Shown in pieces: positions 54,345 through 64,000 of a stretch of DNA of 64,000 bases (the stretch's first letter is position 1; each line of letters begins with the position of its first letter). Origin of the DNA: Candidatus Woykebacteria bacterium (GTDB lineage: Bacteria; Patescibacteriota; Microgenomatia; Woykebacterales; RBG-16-39-9b); NCBI GenBank assembly GCA_040876265.1, contig JBBDPN010000001.1:438208-502207 (forward strand), in the 5' to 3' direction. The notes beneath the pieces are model-generated. The model did not search any database and was not told the origin of the DNA. It saw nothing but the letters and a program-made list of their open reading frames with translations. The translations under genes were made by a program, and so were the position numbers.

Positions 54345-57050
54345 GTGGAAGACGCGGAAAAATCTTTCCTTGCAAAATTTAGTCTCTGGTTCCTAAAAAA
54401 TGGAAGGGTGACTTTCCTTCTCTTTATTTCTTTACTCGCTGTCGGTTACGTTTCCTATACGAAACTTCTGACCCGCGAGGGCTTCCCCGCGGTTCAAGTC
54501 CCCATCGTCTTTATCCAAACACCATATTTTGTGGTCGATGTTGAAAAGGTAGATAGGGAAATCACATCCCCTATTGAAAAGTCTATCGCTGACCTTCAGG
54601 AAGTTAAGGAAATAAACTCAACCACCACGGAAAATATTTCATTTGTAATTGTCGAATTTGATCAAGATTTCTCTACTGAGCAAGGTGCAAAAATATTGCG
54701 GGATGAAGTAGAAAAAAGTGCAGTTTTACCCAAAGGTGTCGAACCTGAATACAATACTGTAAATGCCGGATCTATTGATGGAGAACACGACCTACTCTTT
54801 ACTATAAGTGGTGACAAAAGTATTCAGGAGCTTCAAACTAAAGCGGAAGAAATTGCTAATAAACTTGAAGAAGTTAGTGAGGTAGCCACGGGAGATGTCG
54901 TTAACTTAGTAACGAAAGAAACGAACCCTGTAACTGGTGAAGAATTTGATTATCAATCAAGCTTCGATAGGATAGGTCTAAAAAAGGGTAATAAGCTAGA
55001 ATTTTCACCCGCGATATCTATCGGTGTGGTAAAAAAGGGCGACCCCGGTACTCTAAAGCTCTCTGATGCGGTCAGAAATAAAATTGACGAAATCAAAAAA
55101 GATGGTGGCTTGGATGGATACGATATTTCTTACGGTGGGGATTTTGCTGAAAGTCTGAGAAGCGACATCGACGATTTGGAAAACAACGCCTTTACTGGAC
55201 TACTGGCTGTAATAGTAATTTTGTATTTCCTGATTAGTTGGCGAGCCTCAGTTGTAGCTGCCTTATTCATACCAACGGTAATGACTTCCGTATTTGTTGG
55301 TTTGTTTTTATTGGGTTACACACTAAATGTCATTACTCTATTTAGTTTAATTTTGGTTTTGGGTCTCATAGTAGATGATGCCGTAGTTGTGGTGGAAGCG
55401 ATAGACTACCAAAAACGTAATGGTGCCAAGGGAATAAAAGCGATTGCGTCCGCCATAAGGGATATTGCGCCTGCGGATATAGCTGGCACATTAACCACCG
55501 TACTAGTATTTGTCCCCATGTTGTTTGTTTCTGGCCTTTTAGGGGAATTTATCCAGCTCATTCCAATTACCGTTATATTAGCTTTAATATTGTCTATACT
55601 AATCGGACTTTCCATTACTCCATTCCTCTCAAACATTTTTATCACCGATAAAAAAACTGGCGGTTACAAGTTGGGAATGTCAAAAGCGGCTGATTTGACA
55701 TTTAATTTTGTCCTTTACGGACCGAGCAAGTTTGTCAGCTACTTGGGAGACCTCGCCGGGAGATTTATTCGTCTCTATCTACGCCAGTGGTTCCTGGCCA
55801 TTTTGGTGTTAATAACCACAATTGTATGGGTTGGGGTTGGGCTATCTTATTCACAGAAATTGACCTTTGCGGTCTTTGCTCCACCAAAGAACAGCGAGGT
55901 GTTAAATATTTTTCTAACTTACCCAGAAGGAATAGAAATATCCGAAGCTGAGGCGATAGCCAAAGATGCAGAGGAAATAGTAATTTCATCCATAGAAGAA
56001 CACGTAGAAGTCATTAATTATTTCGAAGCAAGCAAAACTTCAGCTTTTCTTTATGTAGAACTCACCCCTATCCGGGATAGAGAAACTACATCGGTAGAAA
56101 TGGTTAAAAAGCTCGTACGTGAATTTGAGAATTTTGGTGAAACTAGAGTGCGGGTAGAACAAGGAGGGGTAGGACCACCAATTGATGAGTTTCAGATAAA
56201 TCTTCAAGTATTTTCTGGTGATCAAGAAACACTAGAGACAGCCACAAAAGACGTCGAGGACTTTTTAACAAATAGAGAAATCAAAAATGATACTTACACC
56301 GAAATAGTAGCTGATGTTTTGGTTGGGGATCTGAATGTTGTTTCAAAGGTTGACAGCAAAAGGTTCGCCAGCATAAAGGCTAAAATAAGCGATCCAAACA
56401 ACACGGGGGCTATTTTGCAACTTCAAGATGACATAGAAAATGAATACGACACAGAAAAACTTAATTCTTTAGGCCTCTCTGAAGATGCGGTTGGCTTTGA
56501 TCTTGGTCAGGAGGGCGAAAATCTTCAATCTTTTGAATCAACGATTGTGGCTTTAGGTATTGCCTTGATTTTGATGTACGTACTCTTGGTATTTCAGTTT
56601 AATTCATTTTCCCAACCCCTACTAATCTTCCTGGCGATACCGTTCACCATTCCGGCCCTCTTTCCAGGACTTTATTTTACAGACAACGCTTTGAGTTTCT
56701 TCGTTATGATCGGGGTAATAGCTTTGAGCGGTATAGTAGTGAACAATTCTATATTTTTAGTAGATTATGCAAATAAAGAGAGAAGGGAGGGTAAAGGGGT
56801 AGCAGAATCGATCGCTCAAGCGGTAAGTATACGTTTTCGACCAATAATAGCTACTTCTCTCACCACTATTGTAGCGCTTCTACCCTTAACCTTGGCTAAC
56901 CCTTTTTGGGAGTCTTTGGGGCTGACAATAATTTTTGGTTTGGCTAGTAGTTCCTTGCTCATAATCCTCGCCTTCCCTGCTTTCTACGCAGTGGTTGAAG
57001 CGGCCCGAGGGGCGCGATCAAAGTTTTGGCATCGCCTCACCAATAGATAA
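54345..57050 (+). CDS. RND-superfamily efflux transporter permease
   Basis: The 901-aa protein has 12 predicted TM helices in two 6-TM bundles, each preceded by a large extracytoplasmic loop. Confidence 0.7.
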   Translation: MEDAEKSFLAKFSLWFLKNGRVTFLLFISLLAVGYVSYTKLLTREGFPAVQVPIVFIQTPYFVVDVEKVDREITSPIEKSIADLQEVKEINSTTTENISFVIVEFDQDFSTEQGAKILRDEVEKSAVLPKGVEPEYNTVNAGSIDGEHDLLFTISGDKSIQELQTKAEEIANKLEEVSEVATGDVVNLVTKETNPVTGEEFDYQSSFDRIGLKKGNKLEFSPAISIGVVKKGDPGTLKLSDAVRNKIDEIKKDGGLDGYDISYGGDFAESLRSDIDDLENNAFTGLLAVIVILYFLISWRASVVAALFIPTVMTSVFVGLFLLGYTLNVITLFSLILVLGLIVDDAVVVVEAIDYQKRNGAKGIKAIASAIRDIAPADIAGTLTTVLVFVPMLFVSGLLGEFIQLIPITVILALILSILIGLSITPFLSNIFITDKKTGGYKLGMSKAADLTFNFVLYGPSKFVSYLGDLAGRFIRLYLRQWFLAILVLITTIVWVGVGLSYSQKLTFAVFAPPKNSEVLNIFLTYPEGIEISEAEAIAKDAEEIVISSIEEHVEVINYFEASKTSAFLYVELTPIRDRETTSVEMVKKLVREFENFGETRVRVEQGGVGPPIDEFQINLQVFSGDQETLETATKDVEDFLTNREIKNDTYTEIVADVLVGDLNVVSKVDSKRFASIKAKISDPNNTGAILQLQDDIENEYDTEKLNSLGLSEDAVGFDLGQEGENLQSFESTIVALGIALILMYVLLVFQFNSFSQPLLIFLAIPFTIPALFPGLYFTDNALSFFVMIGVIALSGIVVNNSIFLVDYANKERREGKGVAESIAQAVSIRFRPIIATSLTTIVALLPLTLANPFWESLGLTIIFGLASSSLLIILAFPAFYAVVEAARGARSKFWHRLTNR

Positions 57051-57097
57051 ATCCTTTGCTTCACGATACTTGTTTGGGATAAAATTAAAAAAGATTT

Positions 57098-58303
57098 ATG
57101 CCCTCGCCAAAGCTCTTTGCCAGTAAAACAATTATTTTCTCACTTCTGTTATTCATCGTAGTTTCCTTTGGTACTTTGTGGCAGGTTAATAAAAGGATCG
57201 TCGCTGACGAGTGGCTCTGGGTACCAAATGGGGTTCGTTACCTAGAGGCTATAAAAAACAAGGATCCAGAAGGCTTCCATGTATCAAGGCGTCCAGGGGT
57301 TACAGTTTCCTGGATATCGGCGGCCACTACTTACTTGGGTCAGAAATTTGGTGGTGTAAAGGCCAGCGTTGGCCAGCCACGAATCTTTATCGATAAGAAG
57401 GGTTACATGATAAATAGAATCGCATTTGGTTTGCTCACAGCGTCTTTTGTAGTTGCAGCCTTTCTCCTACTGAAAAGGTCAGTCGGTTGGCAACGTTCAT
57501 TAGTAGTCTCGGGTTTGATTGGCTTACAACCATTAACCCTCCTCAAAGGTGAGGCTGTATGGACTGACCTCCTGCTGGCTTTATTTATGTTTTTATCGCT
57601 GGCTAGCTTCCTAAACTATTGGCTAAAAAATGACAGCCGTTTCCTGGTAGCTAGTGGGCTTTTGTTTGGTTTATCTATCGCGACAAAGGCCGCTGGGGTG
57701 ACTCTTTTACCAGTTTTTCTAATTGCGCCCCTTTTTATTAAGTTTAACCAGAAAACGATAAGAAAAGCGTTTTTTTCGACAGTAGCTGTAATTTTCTTTG
57801 GAGTAGTACTTTTTTATCTCATCTACCCTTATCTGTGGCAAAATCCCTTTGGATTCGGAGATCGCTACTCCGAACTAACAACAGATATTGTTCAGACTAA
57901 AGACGCTGCCGCAGCTTCTCTATTTTACTACCCATGGGTTTTTTTCAAAGCTGATCCTGTAGTAACTGGTGGATCTATCCTAATACTTATTCCACTTTTG
58001 ATTGAATTTCTCAGGAAAAAAACTATTCCGTTTTCCATAATTATTTCCGCGGTTGCTGCTGGCGGTTACGCTGCTATGTTGGTCCTTACCTCCCAATTTT
58101 GGTCGGCAAAATATGGGGTAAGGCTCGCCTCGCCAAGATATATTATCCCGGGTATCTATTTCCTAGTTCTTTTTTTTATTGAATCGGTCAACTATTTTTC
58201 GAAAAAAGGATTTAGAACCCTTTGGATCTTACCGGTAGCGGCGCTTCTTCTGAACCTCTATAATTTCTTATCGTTTCTACCCTTGGAGATTTCTGATTAC
58301 TGA
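57098..58303 (+). CDS. polytopic membrane protein, possible GT-C-type glycosyltransferase
   Basis: About 11 TM helices. The resemblance to ArnT/PMT is weak. Confidence 0.35.
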   Translation: MPSPKLFASKTIIFSLLLFIVVSFGTLWQVNKRIVADEWLWVPNGVRYLEAIKNKDPEGFHVSRRPGVTVSWISAATTYLGQKFGGVKASVGQPRIFIDKKGYMINRIAFGLLTASFVVAAFLLLKRSVGWQRSLVVSGLIGLQPLTLLKGEAVWTDLLLALFMFLSLASFLNYWLKNDSRFLVASGLLFGLSIATKAAGVTLLPVFLIAPLFIKFNQKTIRKAFFSTVAVIFFGVVLFYLIYPYLWQNPFGFGDRYSELTTDIVQTKDAAAASLFYYPWVFFKADPVVTGGSILILIPLLIEFLRKKTIPFSIIISAVAAGGYAAMLVLTSQFWSAKYGVRLASPRYIIPGIYFLVLFFIESVNYFSKKGFRTLWILPVAALLLNLYNFLSFLPLEISDY

Positions 58304-58498
58304 TCAATGATCGTGTTGGTCGCGCTCATCCTCGCTTATCCTTTTACCACAACTAGTACAATACAAACCTTTTTCAAGAGGCTCTTTGTGCATGGTGCAA
58401 CTCTGAGTTCCGCAGGCCGTCAGCCCTTTGTCATATTCTTCTTGAGTGATAACCGCGCCACAAGTACCGGTGCAAAAATATCTCGTTTCTACTGCCAT
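58304..58498 (-). CDS. small Cys-rich protein (64 aa, 6 Cys)
   Basis: The sequence FCTGTCG...ACGTQSC...CTSCG is a candidate metal-binding mini-domain. It converges on the upstream gene with no gap. Confidence 0.35.
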   Translation of the reverse strand: MAVETRYFCTGTCGAVITQEEYDKGLTACGTQSCTMHKEPLEKGLYCTSCGKRISEDERDQHDH

Positions 58499-58603
58499 AA
58501 TTTCACCTCCTACACTATCTATTATATCAATATTTATTTAGCTTCAATTTTTCTTGACTAAACTTGTGAATCTGAGCTACACTTTAGCTAGAAATTCATA
58601 TTT

Positions 58604-59560
58604 ATGGCCAACAAGAAAGGTTCCTCATTTTCCAAAGACAGTGGGCCTCACACCCAAACCCAGGAGGCTGAAGAGGTTGAAAGAATTTTGAATGATGGCG
58701 TCACCTCTACAACGGGGGCTTATCAACAAGCAATTAGAGAGCTAACTCAAGCAAATTTGAGACTGCGGCAACTTGATAAAGCAAAGGACGAGTTTATTTC
58801 TATCGCCTCCCATGAACTGCGAAACCCAATGGCTATTATAAAAGGTAATATAAGCATGATGTTGACTGGGGACACGGGTGAAATTAATCCTGAAGCACGA
58901 GACGTGCTCACTGATATGATGATAGCAGTTGAGCGGCAAATCCGCCTAGTAAACGAGCTTCTTGATATCTCAAGAATAGAAGCGGGGGTAATAAATTTTA
59001 ATTTAAGCTCCTCAATCCAGATAGACCAAGTAGCGGAGCTTTTAGCGACTTCTTTGAGAACGGTGGCCGAAAAGCAAAATGTAGAAATCAAAGTAAATAA
59101 ACCGCAGCAGCCTTTCCCTGCCGTCCAAGCAGACCACGATAAAATAAGCCAGGTTCTGATCAACCTAGTCACCAACGCGCTGAAATTTACCCAGGACGGA
59201 TCAATTACAATAGATATAAAACAAAAGGGCGATCTTGTACTCACCTGTGTCACCGACGCGGGGTCTGGGATCGCAGAGAACCAAAAAAGTGAGCTATTTA
59301 AGAAGTTTTCCAAAGCCGGCGCGCCAACCCCAGGAACTATTTCTTCCGGAAGCGGCCTTGGCTTGTACATATCAAAAAAATATATTGAAAAGCAAGGTGG
59401 TGATATTTGGTTAGAGGCAAGTGAGCCTGGTGTTGGTTCAACATTTTGCTTTTCACTGCCAATTGCCGACAGCAAAAAGGCCAGGGAGATAGCTGAAGGA
59501 ATAAAATCTCTCCAACCAATAAAAGATATTCATTTAAAAAATAAAGGAGGTGACCTATGA
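58604..59560 (+). CDS. cytoplasmic sensor histidine kinase (HisKA + HATPase_c, no TM or sensor domain)
   Basis: H-box SIASHELRNPM and G-box GSGLGLYISKKYIEKQGGDIW. The promoter TTGACT-N18-TACACT lies at about 58550. Confidence 0.85.
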   Translation: MANKKGSSFSKDSGPHTQTQEAEEVERILNDGVTSTTGAYQQAIRELTQANLRLRQLDKAKDEFISIASHELRNPMAIIKGNISMMLTGDTGEINPEARDVLTDMMIAVERQIRLVNELLDISRIEAGVINFNLSSSIQIDQVAELLATSLRTVAEKQNVEIKVNKPQQPFPAVQADHDKISQVLINLVTNALKFTQDGSITIDIKQKGDLVLTCVTDAGSGIAENQKSELFKKFSKAGAPTPGTISSGSGLGLYISKKYIEKQGGDIWLEASEPGVGSTFCFSLPIADSKKAREIAEGIKSLQPIKDIHLKNKGGDL

Positions 59561-59925
59561 GTAAAGTATTGCTTATTGAAGACGATTCGCTCTTTGTAAA
59601 AATGTATCAGAAAAAATTTGCTCACGAGGGTCTGGAACTTGAAGCCGCTTACGATGGTGCTGAAGGTGTTGAAAGAGCAAAGTCTATAAAACCGAACCTG
59701 ATAATACTGGACCTGATGCTTCCAAAACTAAGTGGTAGCGAGGTGTTGGAAACTCTAAAAGAGTCTCCCGAAACCAGTTCGATACCAGTTGTCGTACTAA
59801 CGAACCTTAATACCACCGCTGATGAAGTAAACAAATGTATTGAGCTGGGTGTGAAGGAAACATTCTTGAAAACGAATGTAACACCTGATCAAGTGGTTGA
59901 CTCCGTTAAAAAATATGCCCAATGA
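59557..59925 (+). CDS. single-domain CheY-like response regulator
   Basis: Acidic pocket DD, phospho-acceptor D in IILDLMLP and a conserved K. Start and stop overlap the flanking genes by 4 nt. Confidence 0.85.
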   Translation: MSKVLLIEDDSLFVKMYQKKFAHEGLELEAAYDGAEGVERAKSIKPNLIILDLMLPKLSGSEVLETLKESPETSSIPVVVLTNLNTTADEVNKCIELGVKETFLKTNVTPDQVVDSVKKYAQ

Positions 59926-61607
59926 AGCTCGCTAATCCAGAAATCAAAGAAGCTATTATTCGCAGTGGATTTGTTACAGAGTCAGAAGTCGCCGAAGCTG
60001 AGAAAATTGCCCACGATCAAAACCGTTCCACTATAGATGTTTTGGTCGAGCGTGGAATTATCATTGAAAAGTTTCTAGGTGAGACTTTGGCTTCGCGCCT
60101 AGGATTTTCCTATGCAGATCTAAAAGACAAAGTAATAGGCGATGACCTCCTAAAATTAATACCCGAAAATCTGGCTAGTGAAAAAAGGGTGATCGCTTTC
60201 GACAAGAGAAACAACACTTTACTCTTGGCAATGGAAGATCCCAGCGACGTTGAAACCATTGAGTACATAAAGAAAAAAACTGGATTGCTGGTTGAGCCCT
60301 TTTTTACCTTACCCGCCGTTCTAAACAATGCCCTTGACCAATACAGAAAAAACATCAAGGTCAATTTTGAAACAGCGATATCACAAAATGTAACCGTTGC
60401 TCAAAAGCTGGCTACTATCAGCGCAAAGGATACACCGGTAGTTAAGATCTTAGAAACTCTTCTTGAGTACGCAGCCAGCGAGAAAGCTTCTGATATACAT
60501 ATAGAAAACGTCGGGGACCGTCTGGTAATTCGTTTCAGGGTGGATGGGAAACTTCGAGATGTTCTCGATCTACCAAGTAAATTACAGTCTGGTCTTATCA
60601 CCAGAATAAAAATTCTTTCCAGCCTTCGAACAGACGAACACCGCATCCCTCAAGACGGGCGATTTAGATTCCGACATAGAGATGATGAGATTTCTGCCCG
60701 TGTATCTATTTTACCCACTTATCACGGTGAAGACGCTGTTTTGAGACTACTTTCGGCGGCGGCCCGCCCAAAAACTCTTGAAGGCCTCGGTCTTACGGGA
60801 AGCAATCTTGAAATTGTAAAGCGCGAATTGAAAAGCCCGAAAGGAATGGCGCTTTCAACTGGACCTACCGGAAGTGGTAAAACGACGACTCTTTATAACC
60901 TTCTCACCCTAATTAATACTTCCGACGTAAACATATGTACGATCGAAGATCCAATAGAATACGGGCTACCTCGAGTTAACCAAACGCAAGTAAATCCAGC
61001 GGCAGGTTTTACCTTCGCCAATGGTTTGCGATCTATTTTGCGCCATGATCCAGATATTGTTTTGGTTGGCGAAATCAGAGACAACGAAACCGCCGAGATC
61101 GCTGTTCACGCTGCTCTTACTGGACATTTGGTTCTCTCCTCGCTACATACAAACAGCGCCGTGGGTGCAATCCCACGATTACTTGATCTTGGCGTACAGC
61201 CTTACCTAATTGGTTCTAGTTTAAGCTTAATCATTGCCCAAAGGCTGGTAGCAAAAAATGACCAAAACTGTATTGTGGCTGAACCAATCGGACGAGATGT
61301 CATAGCTTCTATTGAGAAGGATTATGATTTAAAGGTACCGGAAAGCTTTTCCAAAAGTCCAAAACAATATAAAGGAAAAGGTTGTAAAGTATGTAACAAT
61401 GAGGGCTTTAACGGTCGGATTGGGGTATTCGAAGTTTTGATAGTAAGCGAGGAGATACGAGAACTGATTTTTACCAAGGCGCCGATTTCTGAGATAGAAA
61501 AACAGGCGAGGAAAGAAGGTTTTAAAAGTATGCTCGAGGATGGCTTGGACAAAGTGCAATCGGGATCGACCACAATGGAAGAAGTCCTTCGCGCTGTTAG
61601 AGAGTAG
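59922..61607 (+). CDS. pilB: type IV pilus assembly ATPase (PilB/GspE family)
   Basis: N-terminal T2SSE_N domain. Walker A GPTGSGKTTTLY. Asp box, His box and a tetracysteine CKVC...C motif. Confidence 0.9.
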   Translation: MKLANPEIKEAIIRSGFVTESEVAEAEKIAHDQNRSTIDVLVERGIIIEKFLGETLASRLGFSYADLKDKVIGDDLLKLIPENLASEKRVIAFDKRNNTLLLAMEDPSDVETIEYIKKKTGLLVEPFFTLPAVLNNALDQYRKNIKVNFETAISQNVTVAQKLATISAKDTPVVKILETLLEYAASEKASDIHIENVGDRLVIRFRVDGKLRDVLDLPSKLQSGLITRIKILSSLRTDEHRIPQDGRFRFRHRDDEISARVSILPTYHGEDAVLRLLSAAARPKTLEGLGLTGSNLEIVKRELKSPKGMALSTGPTGSGKTTTLYNLLTLINTSDVNICTIEDPIEYGLPRVNQTQVNPAAGFTFANGLRSILRHDPDIVLVGEIRDNETAEIAVHAALTGHLVLSSLHTNSAVGAIPRLLDLGVQPYLIGSSLSLIIAQRLVAKNDQNCIVAEPIGRDVIASIEKDYDLKVPESFSKSPKQYKGKGCKVCNNEGFNGRIGVFEVLIVSEEIRELIFTKAPISEIEKQARKEGFKSMLEDGLDKVQSGSTTMEEVLRAVRE

Positions 61608-61612
61608 TAAAA

Positions 61613-62686
61613 ATGAAACTGCCTTTTTTTAGTAAAACAAACAAGCTTTCAGCCGATGAACGGTTAGCTGTTGTCGAAGGCCTCTCGATAATGCTCGCTG
61701 CCGGCGTACCTATTCTTGAAGCTCTTGATTCGTTAGTAGAGGATGTCGTAAACAAGGGTACTAAGGAAATAATCAAAGGTCTATCAAATGAGATTAGTGG
61801 TGGTAAGTCACTAGCAGAAGCGATGGCTGCTTATCCGCTCTCCTTTAATTCGGTATTAATAAATATCGTTAAATCCGGTGAAGAAAGTGGAAAACTCGAA
61901 CAAGTTTTAGAGCAACTAGCAGCCAACATCAAGTCCGATATTGAAACGAATAACAACATCAAATCCGCTCTATTTTACCCTGTCTTGGTTATGATCGTTC
62001 TAGTTGGTGTTTCTTTTTACATGTTTACTTTTGCTCTGCCACGGATCGCAAAAGTCTTCACTGACCTCGCCATAAATCTACCCGCATACTCTGCTTTTGT
62101 TCTGAAATCTTCACTATTTATGGAAAAATACTACCTGTACGTTTTAGCGGTTCTATTTGTTTTATTGGTTATCTCTATCAGGCTCTTGGCAATAGATCGG
62201 GTAAGGCAAACTGTGTTTTCGATCCTTGCGAAGGTACCCACCATAAGGTCGTTAATTAGGTTTATGGACTTATCTAGGTTCACCAACACTACGGCACTTT
62301 TGCTCTCTTCAGGCATTCCAATTATTCGGGCCCTGGAAATCTCAAAAGAAGTGGTGATTTCCCCTAAGTTGCGGTTTGATATTGGCTCCATGACTGATCT
62401 TCTCGCTCAAGGAGAAAATCTTTCTGAGGCTATGAAGAAAAGCCCAAATAGCTTTCCAGCGCTTCTTCGACGCGTGGTTGGCGTGGGTGAGGAAACAGGG
62501 AGTTTGGATAAATCCTTGATGAATATTTCCGGGCACTACGAGAAAAAATTTACTGACATCGTTAAAAACCTAACGGTTTTGTTGGAACCGCTGCTCTTGG
62601 TAGTTATCGGAGTAGTTGTTGGTATCGTTCTTTTTTCAATAATTGCTCCAATTTACCAACTGATCGGGCAAATAAGTCCGCAATGA
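61613..62686 (+). CDS. pilC: type IV pilus inner-membrane platform protein (PilC/GspF family)
   Basis: Two T2SSF repeats and 3 TM helices. It follows pilB by 5 nt. Confidence 0.85.
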   Translation: MKLPFFSKTNKLSADERLAVVEGLSIMLAAGVPILEALDSLVEDVVNKGTKEIIKGLSNEISGGKSLAEAMAAYPLSFNSVLINIVKSGEESGKLEQVLEQLAANIKSDIETNNNIKSALFYPVLVMIVLVGVSFYMFTFALPRIAKVFTDLAINLPAYSAFVLKSSLFMEKYYLYVLAVLFVLLVISIRLLAIDRVRQTVFSILAKVPTIRSLIRFMDLSRFTNTTALLLSSGIPIIRALEISKEVVISPKLRFDIGSMTDLLAQGENLSEAMKKSPNSFPALLRRVVGVGEETGSLDKSLMNISGHYEKKFTDIVKNLTVLLEPLLLVVIGVVVGIVLFSIIAPIYQLIGQISPQ

Positions 62687-62692
62687 TCCGCG

Positions 62693-63208
62693 ATGAACAC
62701 CCTGAAACGAAGAAATGGTTTTACTCTTATAGAACTTATTCTCGTAGTCTCCCTATTGAGCGCCGTCCTAGTAGTCACCACAATTACCCTATTTAGACCC
62801 TTATCGAAGGCTAACTTAGATGCGGTTGCCTCGGATATAGCAGCAACGTTAAGAGAAGCGCAAGATAAATCTATGAATACAGATACCGCAGGCGGACCGC
62901 AAACTAGTGAGTACGGCCTTCACTTTGAAACGGCTAGCTATACCCTGTTCCGAGGAACTTCGTTTTCGCAAAGTAGCCCGGACAATTTTAAGGTCAACAC
63001 CCCATCCAGTATATCCCTAGAAGCCGACCTACCCTGCCCATCTCCACCAACAGAGTGTAATAACGTTGTATTTGCGAAAATCTCCGGTGGAGTGTCGGGC
63101 TTTGATAATACTAAAAACAGTGTGTGCATACGGGAGACAAACTCAAATAACGAGCAGCTACTGCGTATAAATTTCTTGGGGGTGGTAAATATTCAAGATG
63201 GTTGCTGA
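62693..63208 (+). CDS. type IV pilin/pseudopilin (prepilin N-terminal methylation motif)
   Basis: GFTLIELILVVSLL class III signal peptide. Confidence 0.7.
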   Translation: MNTLKRRNGFTLIELILVVSLLSAVLVVTTITLFRPLSKANLDAVASDIAATLREAQDKSMNTDTAGGPQTSEYGLHFETASYTLFRGTSFSQSSPDNFKVNTPSSISLEADLPCPSPPTECNNVVFAKISGGVSGFDNTKNSVCIRETNSNNEQLLRINFLGVVNIQDGC

Positions 63209-64000
63209 ATCTCTACAGAAAAGCCTCCTTCGACAAAAAGGCCAAGCTTTATTAGAGTTGATACTGGCGATAGTAATATCCACCACAATTCTCATCTCCT
63301 TAACTACTGGAATTATTTCGGCTAGAGAGGGTTTGGCCAGGACTGGAAAAAATTTAGAAGCGGAGCTGATCTTACAAAAAGAAATAGAGGCTCTGAGGAG
63401 TGTGAAAGAAACTGGCTGGAATTTATTTGCTACTCCTGGTACTTACCACACCCAGAAATCTGGCAACGGCTGGACGGTTGGGGCAGGTATAGCACCGCAA
63501 GGAGGCTTTGATCGAGGCTTCACTGTCGCCAATGTTTGCCGCGCTAGTGCAACATCTACTCCTATTAGTTGTTCCGACCCTCAAGCAATTGTTGATCCTT
63601 CGACAAAGGAAATAACCGTAACAGTATCCTGGCCCTTTCTTGGCACAAAGTCGGTATCCTCAACTTTTTATTTGACTCGCTATTTTGGAAATCAGGCCTG
63701 GACACAAACTACTGAAGCTGAGTTTAACGCTGGCACACTTACGAATACGGTTGTAACTAACAACGCCGGTGGTGAGATCGAACTTGCTCCTTCAGACGGA
63801 GGTAATTGGAACAACCCCCAGGTAGTAGCGAGCCGAGATTTTACCGGAACAGTCGATGCAACCGACGTGTTTGTTGAAAACAACAAAGCTTACGTGGTTT
63901 CTCTAACCAGAACTGGAGCGGATTTTTTCATCTATGATGTGGCCACTCCTAACAACCCAACCCTTTTGGGCTCACTCGATCTTGGAGCTAACGCCTACGC
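63198..64000 (+). CDS. pilin-like protein, 3'-partial at window end
   Basis: The N-terminus carries a QALLELILAIVIS prepilin-like motif. The ORF is open to the window end. The start overlaps the previous gene by 11 nt. Confidence 0.5.
   Translation, partial: MVAESLQKSLLRQKGQALLELILAIVISTTILISLTTGIISAREGLARTGKNLEAELILQKEIEALRSVKETGWNLFATPGTYHTQKSGNGWTVGAGIAPQGGFDRGFTVANVCRASATSTPISCSDPQAIVDPSTKEITVTVSWPFLGTKSVSSTFYLTRYFGNQAWTQTTEAEFNAGTLTNTVVTNNAGGEIELAPSDGGNWNNPQVVASRDFTGTVDATDVFVENNKAYVVSLTRTGADFFIYDVATPNNPTLLGSLDLGANAY

Noticed and set aside
1-64000. CRISPR arrays, tRNA/rRNA genes, IS elements or integrases
   Set aside because: There are no regularly spaced direct repeats. No cloverleaf-compatible sequence surrounds the few GTTCGA hits (10934, 45573, 27786). 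No transposase or integrase-like ORF appears in the six-frame track.

Overview
This is a low-GC (about 40% by eye), gene-dense bacterial chromosome segment. Small proteins, overlapping starts and stops, a class II RNR, a split transketolase and a type IV pilus operon are compatible with a small-genome organism, possibly Patescibacteria/CPR-like; that is inference only. I found no rRNA, tRNA, CRISPR array or transposase.

The window divides into ten parts.
1. 1-4408: a restriction-modification locus with an HNH-motif endonuclease (5'-partial at the window edge), a circularly permuted m5C methyltransferase and an N6-adenine methyltransferase.
2. 4458-10600: an accessory island anchored on lexA. 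It has a perfect sigma70 promoter overlapped by a GAAAC-N-GTTTC palindrome, and a divergent DUF3892 operon. A second LexA-like S24 peptidase lacks the DNA-binding domain and is interrupted by a C10 homopolymer. A Zn-ribbon-HD (SpoT/Mesh1-like alarmone hydrolase) protein, a PD-(D/E)xK/DUF5655 protein, DUF4242, DUF4926 and small peptides follow, most behind their own copy of a near-identical promoter TTtCTTGACA-N17-TAAAaT. Several of these genes are leaderless. A VapBC toxin-antitoxin pair closes the island.
3. 10640-11090: an ORF-free, GC-richer stretch with many hairpins, possibly a structured RNA.
4. 11.9-17.3 kb: uppS, a Lon-like AAA+ protein lacking the protease domain, and a csoR-copA copper locus. 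The locus has a CsoR-type operator and a frame-split duplicated N-terminal metal-binding motif.
5. 17.4-27.5 kb: a glycan/exopolysaccharide cluster. It carries two PIG-L deacetylases, WbqC, a GH18 variant, a processive GT2, UDP-glucose dehydrogenase, UDP-glucuronate decarboxylase, IMPase and a phosphohexomutase, plus a GC-rich NUDIX gene.
6. 27.8-30.7 kb: surface/secreted proteins, one with an LPDTG-like anchor.
7. 30.9-34.3 kb: nrdJ-nrdR with candidate NrdR boxes.
8. 34.3-48.1 kb: a long minus-strand carbon/redox supraoperon. Its genes include trxB, PGI/PMI, DUF3105, glutaredoxin, a 2-hydroxyacid dehydrogenase, an unknown 420-aa protein, a PfkB kinase, class II FBA, EamA, split transketolase, rpe, rpiB and gap. 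CcdA and a TlpA-like thioredoxin follow.
9. 48.2-58.5 kb: membrane and housekeeping genes, an ABC-2 exporter and an RND transporter. An AlkD-like gene here is truncated by a roughly 1.1 kb high-GC insertion carrying an orphan 302-aa ORF.
10. 58.6-64.0 kb: a translationally coupled histidine kinase, CheY-like regulator, PilB, PilC and pilin operon.
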